The notes beneath the pieces were generated by a model. The model was not told where the DNA came from. It ran no database searches and was given only the letters and a program-made list of their open reading frames with translations. From Amphiscolops sp. MND2022 (taxonomy: Eukaryota), in contig OZ076409.1 in NCBI GenBank assembly GCA_964187785.1, forward strand, positions 39,000,001 to 39,064,000: DNA of 64,000 nucleotides, written 5' to 3'. Shown piece by piece: positions 46,101 to 59,039 of this stretch. Numbering within the stretch: position 1 is the stretch's first letter; the number at the start of each line of letters is the position of its first letter. The position numbers were made by a program, and so were the translations under genes.

Positions 46101-49100
46101 AAGAGTCCCCCCTTCGGATTTTTTGATATTTTGCAACAGAAAATATGTTAATGAATCCCAAAGGGTCCCCCCTTTTCATTTTTCGGCACTATGCGACGTT
46201 TTCGAAGTTTTTTTCAAAAATTTTTTTCAAAAAAAATTTTCAAAAAAATTTTCAAAAATTTTTTTGTTTCCAGTCGAGAAAAGTGATTTTCCAGTCATAT
46301 CGAGCATGAAAGGCACACTTTGGGTGTCTCGAAAGTGTTTTCAAAGCTTTTCATGAATACATCCTGGGCATATTTAGAAAACTGAGCTTTTTGAGCCTTA
46401 GATATAGCGCCGACTTTAGACGTTCCCGTCTTGTTTAACCATTAGATGACTTCTCAAGTACAAATGTGGAAGGTCACTCACCCGTCCTGCTCCAGGTAGA
46501 TGTACTGAGCATTTTGGTCACTTATGTCAGGGTCGTTTGTTTTCTTCGCGTAGCACGTGGGTGCATAAACGTTCATGGGGTCATGGATATCATCTTTGAC
46601 GGAGGCTCCGAAGTAGATTCTTGAGTTCAAGTTGAATGTTAGAGCATTATCGGTACTAGAATAAAATTTCAATATGAGTTGTTTTTTAAAACAGCAAAAC
46701 TATTTTATATTGTCGTAAAATATGGAAACAGTATTAGCTAAAAAAATTTGATTTTTGTTTCCAAATTGTCATGGTCAATATATTAATCATAAGATTTCCA
46801 AAACTTCAATGAATTTGATAACAAGTATCAATTAATTTTCATTTGGCCAGCACGACAAAAATGCTTGCATATTTTTTTCTGTTTTTCTTTCGCCATCGAT
46901 CATGATGCTGCTGTCAAAAACGATGCAACTGCACGATACTAAAACTCTGCTACACATAATTCACGACTCCTGTATACCTTTTAAGCGTCTCAAAACACCT
47001 TAAAACTATTCAAACTTTCAAAGTATGCAACAGGCTTTAAATATTGTCAAAAACAGACAGTAAACAATATTACTTGTAAGAGGACGCGTAAGTCTGGTCC
47101 TTGTAAAAGAGCAGTTGGAAAGGAACAACGTCCAGCCCCACTGCCTTTTGTGCAGCTTCTCCCTGTGTATTGAAAAGACTCTGTACCTTAGCAGTTCCGT
47201 TGTAGGCACAAGTCAGTCCGTACGTGCTCGTTTGCGAAGTTTTCGTCACTTTGACATTCACACCATCCAAGATGACACTTGGAGAAGATGAGTCATCAAT
47301 AACACCAACTTCAGCAATTCTGTTTGTATACAAAACTTGGTGGGAGACTTCGTCAACTGAAATGACCATACCCGGTTAATTCCACGGAAAAATCGAACAC
47401 CACCTATCCTACTGCTTTGTTGGGTAGCTTTTGTGGGGAACATTTAAGTTTTTAAGTGTTTGTCAGATTTCTTGATCTCGGTTTTTTTTATGAATCTCGA
47501 ATGTTCAACATTGGAGATTTATAAAAAAACTAAGATCAAGAAATCTGTCAAAAGTTTTGACACAATTGTGATCAGTCATCATTAAAATTTACAAAAGTCC
47601 ACGAAGCAAAAGTTTTTAAAATTTCAATCAGAATCAACAGTAATTTCTATTTTCGTTCGATTTCAAAATAGAAATTCCTGTTGATTCTGATTGAAATTTA
47701 AAAAACCTTGGTTTTGAGGACTTTTGTAAAATTCATGCATTTCAATTACCGCATTAAAGTTTCATTAAGAACTTTAGAAAATCTTTACAAAAGTTGCTGG
47801 CAACTTTGATGAGCATGTAAAAAGATGCTTACAATCAAATTTATCTGGAAAAAACTCAGATCAGTTGGCTTTTATACTCACGAGAACATTCAAACCTTAA
47901 ATTCGTAAAAAAAATTTAAAATGATGTTTCATATTGCATTTTTGTTATGAATTTGAACTTTGCTGTAGAAACATCCGAATTTCATAGAAAATGGCCAATT
48001 ATTGTTCCAAGACGCTACCCAGTGTAAAATACCCAGTGCATATTCTCACATATTCTCGCAGCTTAGTTGTATTGTATTGGGATTGCAGGGACGTGGTGTG
48101 AGCGCCTCCACTAGCTGTGACGACGGAGTGACGTCCTTCACGGCAACACCCTCTTGACCCACTGATGGATCACTACGAATCGGCTGGGTTACAATCTCCC
48201 CTTTTGTTTTTGTGGCTTTTAACGCCTATTCCCAGGGGTACCCTCATTAGTAAGAAATGAGAAACATACCCACTGGGTATTCCGATTGTTTTTTGAAAAA
48301 ATATAGCGAGCTTGCTATAACACCTGATATAGCTCGAGTTTCAACTTGGTTACATTCAAAAGCCAAAATGTTGTTTCAGAAGAGAATACGGCCAGTGGGA
48401 ATACGATAAAAACGTTCCATTAGACTTGTTCAGTCCGGAACAGAAAAATTTGTTTGGCTAAAATGCTGAAACATTGAAAAATTTAGCGATTTTTGTTGAA
48501 AGACCAAAACTGGTGATGGCGAAGCCTTGAGCATTTCTTTCCAAGTTTTTAGATCAACCCAAAAACATTGTTCCCGAGCTTGGTAGTATGAAGCACTACT
48601 GCCAAGACACTTTTAGCATCCCAAATATAAATTGAAACTTTAACGCTTGATTTTCTTTGATATACATAGACCTGAGTGGAGGACCCCATAGACCTGAGAG
48701 TTATAACATCAAAACTAATAATTGAAACAACACCAGCCCCTGGAAAAAAATATTACACTTTACTATGTTACGTTTAGAACGATCCCGAACATCTGGGAAC
48801 CGAGAAATAAAAAGTTCCTAGGGAAAATACGTATTTTTCACATTGTTCCCAGAGTGCAAAAGGTATAACTTGAAAATTGTTTGAGAGACCTTATTTGGAA
48901 CTTGCCAGGTTTCGCTTGCCTATTTTTTGTTAGTATAAAGTATAACGTTGCTAACGCAGAAAACCGCGAGTGATTCCGAGCAGTGGTTGCTGAGAAATAG
49001 ACAAAAACGTGCTAATTTCGCGACAATTTGGGAATTCGGCAACCACGTATTTTCGACAAGTCGAAATCTCCCCTAGCAACAAAAGCCAAAAACAGATTGC

Positions 49101-52100
49101 ACCATCGTGTAGAGCACAAAAAGTTACCCTAGTAGCGTGACTTTGGTAGCGCTACTGTCAAAAGTCCTGGAAAATCTTAGCCGCAGTTTTGCTCGAAAAG
49201 TGCATAAAATTGCCGAAAAAACGGAATTTTAGTTGAGCCCAGTGCAATATCCCCAAGGTTTCCCAGCACCTAATTTCACGTGGTATCAAATCACGACAAT
49301 TTGTGCAATTTGAGCAGCCAGTGGGTAGCCAAAGCCGAGAAATTGACATTTTTGTGAATTTTGACCCGAAAAAGTGGTACCTCAGGTACATCAAGGTTTT
49401 GTCACACCGAATCGCCAGGTTATGATCCAGGCACCTCGCCGCCTTGTTTTTCTGTTATGTAGGCATAGGTTACGCTCGCATACAAACTTTCAGGTATCTA
49501 GGACGCCTAGAAGGCGAGTTTGACTAACTTTTGTGAATTTCACGACATAGTCAATTTTTCAGTGAATATTGTTAAGTAACCGTAACACCCACATAGTCAG
49601 TTTTGGCGCAATCGGAGGTTGATTCCCCATGATTTAGCTAGTGTAGTAAACAATGTGATTTTTTCAGGTCGCTAGCAGCGCTAGAATTGAATTTCACCTT
49701 CAGCGGAGGTGCCTGTTGGCAAAAAACTTGTTGATTTTGCAATTTGGTGAGACAAACCGCACACTTTTTGTCAGTGTACGTGCCAGTGATGGCCAAAACG
49801 ACCTCACTAGCACACCAGGCGCGCTTTGCACGTCCTGTTGAATTATTTTGATTAGTGCTAAACCGACTCTAAGATCTCGGGTCTCAGAGAAAATTGTCTA
49901 CCAGACATAGATGTGAAAAACCAAAAATCGAAATTCGCCTCCTGACTGCTATCAAAGTCACCTAAGTGCAAATGATTCGTTGTGAACATGCATGCTCGGT
50001 CTCCTGCGTACCCTGTGGGTGCTGGAGCTCGTTTATAGGCACGTTTAGAGGTTCAGACGTTGAACGCAGTGCGTCTCAAAACAGAACAACAAGTACAGTA
50101 GTAACTACCTAGTTGAAAAAGAACGCTTTTTCTGATCGTACTACGATCGTAATGGAAGAAAGCACTTCAAACTCAGTGTCCTTCCTATTACTCACCCCAA
50201 GGCCCATTCTCAGTCCCTGATCACTTTTACGTCCTTACTTGTGCCCTCCAGAGACAAGGCAGCATGAGTGACAAACGGACTTTTCAGACAATCTAACATC
50301 TGTAGCCAAGCAGGCTTCTCAAGAAATCAGCGTTCGTTGCTCGATTCATGCGTGAGGTTTACCTCGGTTCCCGGTACCACAGTTGTGTAAACCATGTCGA
50401 TGTGAAAACTCCGGACAAGAGATTGGCCCGGGGAGTACCCTACTCTCCAGGAAGAAATCAACATCATGCATGATGAAACACCTAGAGCTTCGAAGCTCTG
50501 AGAACTGCTTGGCCAGCGGCCGTGCTTTTAGAACTCAATTGATTGCTCTGAAACTTGTTTTTAATGTCAAAGATTGTTTTCATGATCTATCATGCCTGAT
50601 TTTTGACTTTAATTGGATCTGCTCTAACATCGCTATTGACATTGTCATCCTCTTGAGAAGCAGTTTATTTCCATCTCTTGCAAATACACTCGTGCTTGTA
50701 CTATCTAGACGATACCTTTATCAGAACGTACACTGCTGACACAATAGACTAATTGGTTCTCACTTTTTGTGATATTTTAAATTTTTGAGCTCTGTTTTCC
50801 CATTGGTGCTATTTATTGTGCAGTTTCTGTTGGCCATGAACTACGACACTTTTGCAAGACCACAGCTGTTACTTTTATTTTTCTCTTTTTAAGTGCTATC
50901 GTGCATTTTGTAAAACCTACCCTACCAAGTGGCCCCCGGCTAATGCCAAATCTGTTCTGATGAGTTCTTTTTATACTTATACAGATGCGGTAACACAAAG
51001 TGCTAGTAACCTTGGGCGCGAAATTAAATGTTTGAAAACGGTTTGAATACAATGCTAAGTGTCTGAAGGTGCTAATAGTATTCCAGTGCTAGGACCCAGT
51101 GAGTGTGGAATCCACGGAAGACTGCTAGGCTGGTAAAAACTCATGTTTTTGGGCAGAAACATGTTTTTGGACAACGACTTCCATTTAGATTCCTGACGTA
51201 CCATGTTGCAATAGTATCACTGGATGGTGGCAACCAAGATGTGAACGTCCTCTCTCGTTTGACGAGAACGACAAACTACGGCCCGGGGAGGATGTAACGT
51301 CAGGCAAGGGACGTTGCAGAAGTTTTTGAAAATTTCGATCAGAAATTCGAAATGTGCTGTGTTAAACAAGAACATTCAAGATGCCCTACCTGACAGCTAC
51401 TGAAATTTTAGAAAAGAGGACAAAAGAGAGTGCAAAAAACACCCTCCCCCACCCAGGAACATGAATCACCAAGATGTCATCACCCGGAAGGCGAGAGAAT
51501 CAGGAATTGTGCCATCTGACAGCAAAAAGACAGGGTTTCGGCAGAAAAATGCTAAATGAGACCATTGTGCCCCGAAGATGAGGAATGATGCCAGAGGTCG
51601 CACTGATGACCAACCTTGAAATGTAATGTTATTGGGGCTTATCCCCAAGTTTTGTCACCGTTTACAGAGTATTTGGATGATGTTTGACCTACTAGGTCTC
51701 CATTTTGGTACCCGACTTCCGAATATAATGTACTTCAGTTAAAAACCGTTTCTGGACCTCGGAAGTATGTAGGAGTTGCGGGAACACGTTAGAAACCTTA
51801 GAATTCGTTTTTACAGGCTTGTGGGGCGTGTCCAGACTTTGGGAGTGCCGGCGCCTTGCCTCGGAGCTCTAACTAGAGGAGCCTCCCTAGATGCAAGAAA
51901 AGTCCCCCTTGGAGACCATTTTGGGAACTAAAACTAGTGCCTAAGGATGTAGTAAGACAACGGTCTCCTGTTTAAGCACCCTAGGCATTGTCCCTCTTCC
52001 TAGATGGGCGCCGCTAGCCGGACGTTACAACAATTTCCTAAAAAAACATTTGAGACGCTTTTTGAAATTTTCGTTCGATTTCAAAATAGAAATTCCTGTT

Positions 52101-55100
52101 GATTCTGATTGAAATTTAGAAAACATTTGCTTTGTGGACTTTTGTAAAAGTCATGCATTTCAATTACCGCATTAAAGTTTCATTAAGAACTTCAGAAAAT
52201 CATTACAAAAGTTGCTGGCAACTTTAATGAGCATGTAAAAAGGTGCTTACAATGAATTTTATCTGGAAAAAAACTCAGATCAGTTGGCTTTTATACTCAC
52301 GAGAACATTCAAACCTTACATTCGTAAAAATAATTTAAAATGATGTTTCATATTGCATTTTTGTTATGAATTTGAACTTTGCTGTAGAAACATCCGATTT
52401 TCATAGAAAATGGCCAATTAATGTTCCAAGGAGCTACCCAGTGTAAAATACCCAGTGCATATTCTCACATATTCTCGCATATTCACTATCTTGAAAACCT
52501 TGATACGATCTTGTTTATTCTTGCTTGACACAAAACTTTTGAAACTTTTGTTGTTGAAAGGAACTAAACAACTTAATAAACAAAAAACAATTTTGTTCAC
52601 AAGTACTTTACTATTGTTCGCACTACCAGCTACGCTATCATTCTTTGAAGTGCTGATTATAACTCAACACTAAGAATTGAATTTCAGAACCTGATAGCTT
52701 GGTTGGTAACTTTTAATATGATCTCTAAAACTCTCACGGCAACTTTCATGGGAAAAGATTCCCTGCTGTATTCAACATTCATCAAGCTGTTTGAATGATT
52801 CATCACAATTTTAGCGGCAATTTTAAGCCTTGATGTTTTGCAGGTTTCATTAATCAGCAGCTATTTTTTAAAAGCAAATAAATTGTTATCAGCTTTACCG
52901 CTAGTTTAATGCAAAATAACTTCAGTCGCGTGATGAGTTGCAAATTATATTCATGTTTAGCGTACTATTTGAGAAGCGCTTATCACATCAGATGAGTAGT
53001 TGAGAAAACAAAGTGTAAATACAAAGTTATCATGTCGGTATTGATGTGGAATTCATTTTCAATTTAGTTGCAGTAGTGGAAAATGCTGTGTAAATGTACA
53101 TGATTTAGCACCCGAAGTTCACTGAATTTTCCAGGTTTTATAAACAAATTTCCCTGCATGCAGGCCTGCAGTATGTAAAAAGTTCCTGCAGTTTCAACTA
53201 AGGTACGCTGGTCAAGTCGAAGTTGGCGTGGGTTTTTTGTTTGTTTTCATTCATTTCCGAGAATTTGCTCTTGAATTAGTGGGAAGATCTTTCAAGATCG
53301 TACATATTTTTGGCACTCTTGATAAGGATCTTGCCAACGTTTTTACCAAGGGTTTCACGAAAATATCAAAAAATTTGAAGAGTTCTCTCACTGGGTAGTT
53401 TTTAAGCCTTTCAGATCTATGGATACTAATGCCCGGCGAAATCTACAGAAGTTGCGTTGAAAGATCAAAAATTCCGCTATTTGCTATATTTTGAGAGCAT
53501 TTAACCATTGCGGCCCTTTTATAGCTGACATTGTTTTCGAAAAAAAAGAATATCCCCGCAAATATTTATATGCTTTTAACTAAATTTCATAGTAGCGGTA
53601 GAAGAACCTCTATTTTCTGGTTTTGCATTTGGAACTTTGCAAAAAGTATTTTGAAAACGCAACTGAGTAATGTTTTTTTTCATAATGAAATATATGCGGA
53701 AAAAATAAGAAAAGCATTGCTATGATTTTTTCACTGAAAGGAGTCATTACGGCTGATTTTGAATTATGAAAGTTCAATTGACACAGTATATTAATGATAG
53801 TTTTCTTTAACTTGATATGAATTCTTCCTAATGTAATGAATCGTAATGTAATTGCAGAATTGATTTTTAAAAAACTCTTACCACTTTGCCCGGTTGCACA
53901 ATCGGCCAAGGACGCAACAGTGTAGCTGAACTTGTAGTTTTCAATCGAGTTCCAGTTGGGAACTGCGTTGAAAGGGCAAGAGGATGAACCAATGGCGAAA
54001 CTACGCCAAGCTGAAACAAACGGATGATCAGATTCAACAAAGATGAAAAACTTCATCGATTTGTTCTGCAGATCATATTGAGGTAAATGGTGGATTTCAA
54101 CATGACGTCGAACAAAAGAAGCACAGCATGGTGGCGGTAAGCTCATAGAACAGTTATACCCATTCTAGATCATTATCTAACGTTTTTCAGCTAGTAAGGA
54201 TTCCGATGTTCGAAGCATGTAGGAATACTCAAGAACGCTATAGAAGTTTAGGATGTTTTATAGTTTAAAGTCGGCGTCCCGCTTAGGGCTCAAAAACAAC
54301 ATCTTTTAAAGAAAATAAATGGTTATTATGAAAACATTTCAAAAACCCCCACAGTGCCAGAAATATTCAAAGACGGGACCATTTGTACCAAAACCGAAGC
54401 AGAGATCTGCTTGCAAAATTGAAAAATTGGAAAAAAAAGTTGTTGCAAAACGCCGAAAAACCCAAAGTTGAGTATCAAGAAACTACTTTTTCATTTGCAG
54501 CTTTAAAAATTCGAGTAAAGTGTAAAATAATCAAATGGGGGACCACCTGGCGTTTTGGGTATCTTGTCTGATTTCAGGTAGTTGCCCAACTGCAAAGACA
54601 CACTGATACGTCTGTCGATACGTGACAAGTTTTAATTAAAATTTTAAGAATCAAAACTCAGTTGTGTTGAAAATGCATGCTTTGGCACCCAAACCTAATT
54701 GTGTGGCATAAGCATGGAAAGTCATCATGTCGCCACCCTGTTTAAAGCTCAAAAAGCGCGAAATCTTTCAAGTATTCACATCTAAGAGACACTTGAAGTT
54801 TCTCACAGTGCCAACAAAAATTAAAACGGAGCCTCTGGTCTCGAGAAACTTTCCTCTCTGGAAATATCAAATTTAGAACAGGGCGACCCTTTGTTGAAAT
54901 TTAAAACTGCAGTGCCACAAATCTCAAAAAATCTTTGGTATCATTTTGTTTTGTTACTTATGTAGAGTGATAAAATAAACAAAGTGGCGAGGTTTTGGCT
55001 CTTGGATGCACTTCAGATCTTAGACTGACAATCTGCTCCTAAAGTGGACCATTCAGCATGAAATCTGTGGCGTGACAAAACATCCAAAGATTTTTCTATA

Positions 55101-58100
55101 TATGGACTGCGTTCGCTGCCTCGCTCAAGACCGAAATATTTCAAAATGTTCAAAAAAGGAGAGCTTCTAGACTAAATATCTCTTCGATAAAACAAACTAA
55201 AATCAACTTGATTTTTTCCTGTTACATCAAGAAAATGATTGGACAGAATTACAGTCGAAAAAGGTCTAAACCAAGTAGTTTGAAGGTTAACTTTTGTTGC
55301 AGCACATAATCATTACTTACTGAAAGTCACCCAAGACAAAGTCAAGGCTACAAAGTTGTCATCAGAATCAGTTTCCCCAGAAAACGCCACCAAGAATTGG
55401 TTTGCATTCTCTTGCTCGAAACTGAACCCTGAGCAATTCCCAGACCCAAAACATGATGTGTCCGTTGCAGTCCCTTGTGTATCCTTATAGGTGAATCCAA
55501 TCGCTGCCAGTTTCCCGTCATCGTTGAAACTTCCAGTTACTTTGGATATTCGCAAGTTTGTCAGAGGGACCGATGTGGCCGTACCTGAATTATATGTGGA
55601 TGGGTTGCCATTAGTCACAGGTGAGGCTACGAAAGAGTATGAGAAGAAAAGATGGGTGATTAAATCGCTGGATGCCTGGACGTTCAGTGCTGAAGGGTAC
55701 CCTCTGAATATGGGACTGACATTTTTGTCTGGCACAAATGTATCGTCCTCCCACTTGTTTTGGATGACGTCTTGTTCATCAAAGGGTGTCTGGCCAACGG
55801 AAGATTGGACTTCAGTAGACGTGAACTGAGGAACACCTGAAATGTTTGTAGATGGATTTTTCTTAGTATCAAAAAGAGGTGTATTTCATAATGCTCTAAT
55901 TCTTAATTACCAATGTCATCGCTTTCAACTCAAAAGCTTCTACTCAACGATTTCCTAGGTTGAACTTTCCAGGCGTTAAATTGCTGATAGAGTCATTCTA
56001 TTGGTATGTGAATGTGGTTGACAACATTTTGAGGAAATTTTTCCTCGGCATTTTTGACGTAAGTGATTTTTACCTGACACCATAAAAAACGTCATCCGTA
56101 TATCGACATGCAAAGGAACAGGACAGGGAAATTGTGAAAAATCTTAAAATGCCGAAAAATATCAAACGGAACTAAAATATCTTTTTGAGCTCAAAAAAAA
56201 GTTTTCTGGAAGCATTTAGAAACCGAAAACATCATCAAAAGTCGAATTTAAACGTTTTTTTGCGAAGTCGCACAGTGCCGAAATAGTCCAAATATCTTAT
56301 ACAGCTTCTGAAGATAGAGTAAAATGTTAAAATGTTTGGGTGCTTGCTACAGATTCAAAGGTACGTAGGAAGTGGTCCATTTAGTGTGAACTCTGTTGTC
56401 CGGGCGGAAAAGGTCTTTGTTTGAGTCGGACACTACTTTAAAATGCTCCAACTAAAAAACTGTGATGAATCAATAGAATATTTTCACAGTTCTTCAAGAT
56501 GGAAAGCAGTTCAGTGTGAACCTGGGAAGTAATGAGAAGTAAGCGTAATTGTAGTGGTTTCAAGTTTGAATCTAAACGAACGCAACAGATAAGCTCTTCT
56601 TACTACTTTTTTTTTACAAATCTCACAGCATAATTCATACGCGCGCTCTCTGTACTACCTTCAGATCAAACGCTTAATAGATTTTTGCAGAATTTCTTGC
56701 ATTAGATCATATGGTTCATGAAATGGCATGGAACCATGGTAGTCCACACAAGGAATTGTAAAAAAACAATGGGTGGCATGGTTTCATGCATGCAGTCGCA
56801 TGTAATTGCGTTGATTACATGTTTTCATGTATGGAATCCTTGTGAATTCTGATGCGATTTTTTTGATTTTTTTTAGTTTTGTGGAAACCTCTGAATCCAA
56901 ATATAACCCCGCTAGCGTTGATATGACTCATACTAAGTTTGTGAAGAATCCAGAAAGCTTTGAAGAATATACGAAACACGAAGAATCGTCACAGCATTTG
57001 TTAAACATGGGTATCATATATTATTTTTATTGTGAAGAATCCACAAAACCATTTCCTCATTTCTTGAAAACTTCATTTCTGCACTGCCAATATTATTGTG
57101 TGAATTCTTTGGCCAAATTGGCAGAAATTTGAAGTGCAGTTTTCCTCATTTCTTGAAAACACATTTTTGTAGTCACAAAAGCCAATTTTCCTCAATTCTT
57201 GAAAAAAACAAAGATCCCCGATTGGCGTCGTAATGGACAGCTACCTCCTGGAACATCCCCCCAGCCGTATTCCACAGTGTAGCTGTTGTCTGCACAGTCC
57301 AGTGTCAGTCCAGTGTCTGAAATACGCAACTAATGTATAACTCAGACTCTAATATGATTTCGGGCAGAAATTTAAAAAAAATAGAATTTTGAAACCTTCA
57401 AAAGATTTAGTTACAGGTAACATTCTAATTTGACCTCAGTGAAAACCATGCAAAAATACAATCATTTCTTGGGTTGACTTTCACACAAAAATTATATAGA
57501 TGATGAGAAGTGATAGGAACCAGTTGAGCCATATAATGAGAACAGGAAAAAACCAAGCGAATCATACAATGACATAGTATGATCATTCTATCGTCAACCT
57601 GTTTTTCCTCATACTATGGTCCTTTTATGCATTAAATGTTGTCCACAATTAGCATAACCTTGTAATTTAATGCTGACGTTGGTAAATTTATTGACTCTTC
57701 TTCAACCATGTAGCATTTTTTTCGAAAACGTGACATCACCACAATCATCAATTTTGGGCAGATACTGATGTATCAATGATTGATTTCAAATGAAAAACAG
57801 ATTTACAAGTGGATATGATTGTAACAAAAGAATTGATGCAGGTACAAAGTAGTCAAACAGTTTTTTTGTAAAATCTATATCCTTCGTTGATACCGGATAT
57901 TAAAAAGCCGTAATTGTCGGTTCCACCACGAGGAGGCCTTCAGCATTCGCAAATTGTTTTGAGAAATTAACTTGATTTTCCTATCATCATTTATGGACAA
58001 CATGAAGGTCATACATTGATCATTAATGAAATACATGAAATCATAGCAAGACCATTAAAGCTTGTTAAATCAATAATATATCAAAAATATACACCTTGGT

Positions 58101-58391
58101 AAATCTTAAGGTAATGTGACCACTGAGTCTCAGTATCAGCCCCATCGTCTTTGACTCCCTTCAGAAGAACAAAGTATTCTTTTCCCGCCTCTAAGCCGTG
58201 TATGTCACAAGTATGAAACGCCCCGGCTGCGAAAGTGGTTTCTGGTGTGCAACTATACCCAGAGCGCACTATTGTTTCATAGTCCTCTCCACTGCGTATT
58301 TCGAGCTCCACTGACTTCAGATCTCCGAGAATTGAAGTGACGTCAAAAGTTATTCGTCCGCTGTTGCCACTCAGTGTTTCAAATTTGTAGG
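25145..58391 (-). CDS. Host gene, partial: extracellular protein with FN3-like, jacalin-like and ZP (zona pellucida) domains and a furin-type site
   Basis: Minus-strand exons 58391-58095, 57316-57245, 55836-55321, 54010-53882, 47356-47074, 46655-46482, 25936-25755, 25276-25145 join GT..AG in compatible phases. ZP hallmarks: C..YTNRI..LTCAY, CYAK..DP..QDG|CPNTD, AFAW..IYIHCEVKAC..CDPPTTC, then KKRARR. First and last exons were not found. The link from the jacalin-like exon to ZP-N is less certain. Confidence 0.75.
26201..26928 (-). repeat. 3' LTR of element B (728 bp)
   Basis: Differs from 44322-45045 by about 8 substitutions and a 4-bp indel (counted by eye). Confidence 0.96.
26929..26944 (-). 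promoter_or_regulatory. PPT of element B
   Basis: Minus strand GGAGCCTGGGGAGTGA immediately before TGTAAC of the 3' LTR. Confidence 0.75.
27669..31965 (-). pseudogene. Accessory ORF2 of element B (reconstructed about 1430 aa) with Pro/Ser-rich termini and a central SGNH-hydrolase-like fold
   Basis: ORFs 29092-31965 and 28054-29073 are in frame across one TAG (DQQD*SAQLERV). ORF 27669-28142 continues after an apparent 1-bp frameshift near 28130. No signal peptide or convincing TM anchor, so it is not a classical env. Confidence 0.7.
31978..31997 (-). promoter_or_regulatory. Splice acceptor (branch point, pyrimidine tract, AG) 12 nt upstream of the ORF2 ATG
   Basis: Minus strand CTAAC GGTAATTCTTTTTAG|ACCTATGATATA ATG GCT. 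Confidence 0.6.
32254..41536 (-). pseudogene. gag-pol: Single-frame Gag-Pol of element B (Gag CCHC, PR, RT, RH, IN, long C-terminal extension) with a frameshift in RNase H near 36380
   Basis: Motifs: CFNCGQAGHFARDC; LVDTGS; YIDD; DTDAS; HDAMGH..CLTC, QYDHL, QSDNA, GLVER; WRGPHKI. The frame switches between YHSYL and KFTLRVDNQALSWL, consistent with a small deletion. Confidence 0.93.
42838..43110. repeat. Imperfect ~95-bp direct repeat in the 5' leader of element B
   Basis: CTGAAAAGGAATTTTTGCA.GCGGTTTTCACCACAATGCGT..ATGAGAGCGC occurs at about 42857 and 43038. Confidence 0.75.
44289..44306 (-). promoter_or_regulatory. Primer-binding site of element B, tRNA-Arg(TCG)-like
   Basis: Minus strand TGGCGACCACAGAGGGAT. 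The plus strand ...TCCCTCTGTGGTCGCCA resembles the 3' end of eukaryotic tRNA-Arg(TCG) as recalled (..TCCCTTCGTGGTCG-CCA). It lies 15 nt from the LTR. Confidence 0.8.
44322..45045 (-). repeat. 5' LTR of element B (724 bp)
   Basis: TGTAAC...GTTACA, matches 26201-26928. Confidence 0.96.
45960..46436. repeat. Short interspersed repeat-like segment with four AAAGGGTCCCCCC subrepeats
   Basis: AAAG(G/A)GTCCCCC at about 45969, 46030, 46101, 46160 in T-rich context. Family not identified. Confidence 0.5.
47461..47550. repeat. Near-perfect ~90-bp palindrome
   Basis: TGTCAGATTTCTTGATCT..TTTTTTATGAATCTC.AATGT paired with ACATTGGAGATTTATAAAAAA..AGATCAAGAAATCTGTCA. Confidence 0.8.
47586..47733. repeat. 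Fold-back inverted repeat with ~65-bp arms
   Basis: TTTACAAAAGTCC..ATTTCAATCAGAATCAACAG.AATTTCTATTTT versus AAAATAGAAATT.CTGTTGATTCTGATTGAAAT..GGACTTTTGTAAA. Confidence 0.8.
47649..48060 (+). repeat. ~412-bp direct repeat, copy 1 (copy 2 at 52067-52479), flanking element C
   Basis: Colinear high-identity match from ATTTTCGTTCGATTTC to ATATTCTCGCA. Confidence 0.9.
48061..52029 (+). mobile_element. Element C: 5'-truncated non-autonomous LTR element, diverged relative of element D
   Basis: Single LTR 51293-52029 (TGTAACGTC...GACGTTACA) preceded by the PPT GGCCCGGGGAGGA. The internal region is colinear with the reverse complement of 60216-63510. No 5' LTR, PBS or gag/pol. Confidence 0.88.
52067..52479 (+). 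repeat. ~412-bp direct repeat, copy 2
   Basis: Matches 47649-48060. Confidence 0.9.
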
Positions 58392-59039
58392 CTGAATAGA
58401 AAAACAAAAGCTGAGTGCAAAGAAACTTTATATATCCATATCCAATGAAACGTCCTATGTGAAAGTTTTTTCAAAACCAATTGCTATTTTAAAAAATAGT
58501 CCCAATATGAAACGCTCTGCGGAAAAACTTACAAACTAACCAACACATACACCCCACCCCAAACGCGAAACAGAAAAAAAGCTTTTTCTTTTTGGAAAAG
58601 TTCAAAATTAAAAGTGAAATTCCTCATTTAGATTTTTAAAAAGTTGGATGAACTTTAGGTTTCTTAAAACTTTCAAACCAAGCAAAGATCGAATACTCTA
58701 CCAGAACGTGACTTTTCAGTGGTTTTTTAAGTCTCGAATTATGACAAAGGGGGATATTGAAAACAAGTCATGCCTTTTATTTATTTATTTTTATGTCATT
58801 TATTTGAAACACACTTTAACAGAAGCATAGTACTTTATAATGATGATTTTATGTCACTAATTCTTTTCCTTGAAAACCACCAAAAGTTCCAAGGTTGACG
58901 ACGGTGCTGTACCTTTATTTTCCGTCCATATTTCAAATGTGAAAAGAAAACAGTTTAATAGGCCGCGTTTCTTATTTCAAAAATGAAATTAATTTTTTTC
59001 GATATGTGTTTGTAAAGTTTCGCACTTTTTTGGTATGAT

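Noticed and set aside
50330..50739. ORF shared by elements C and D (MMKHLELRSSENCLASGRAFRT; 60853-61179)
   Set aside because: Frameshifted between copies, many non-synonymous changes and no conserved upstream start. Shared ancestry of non-coding DNA explains it.
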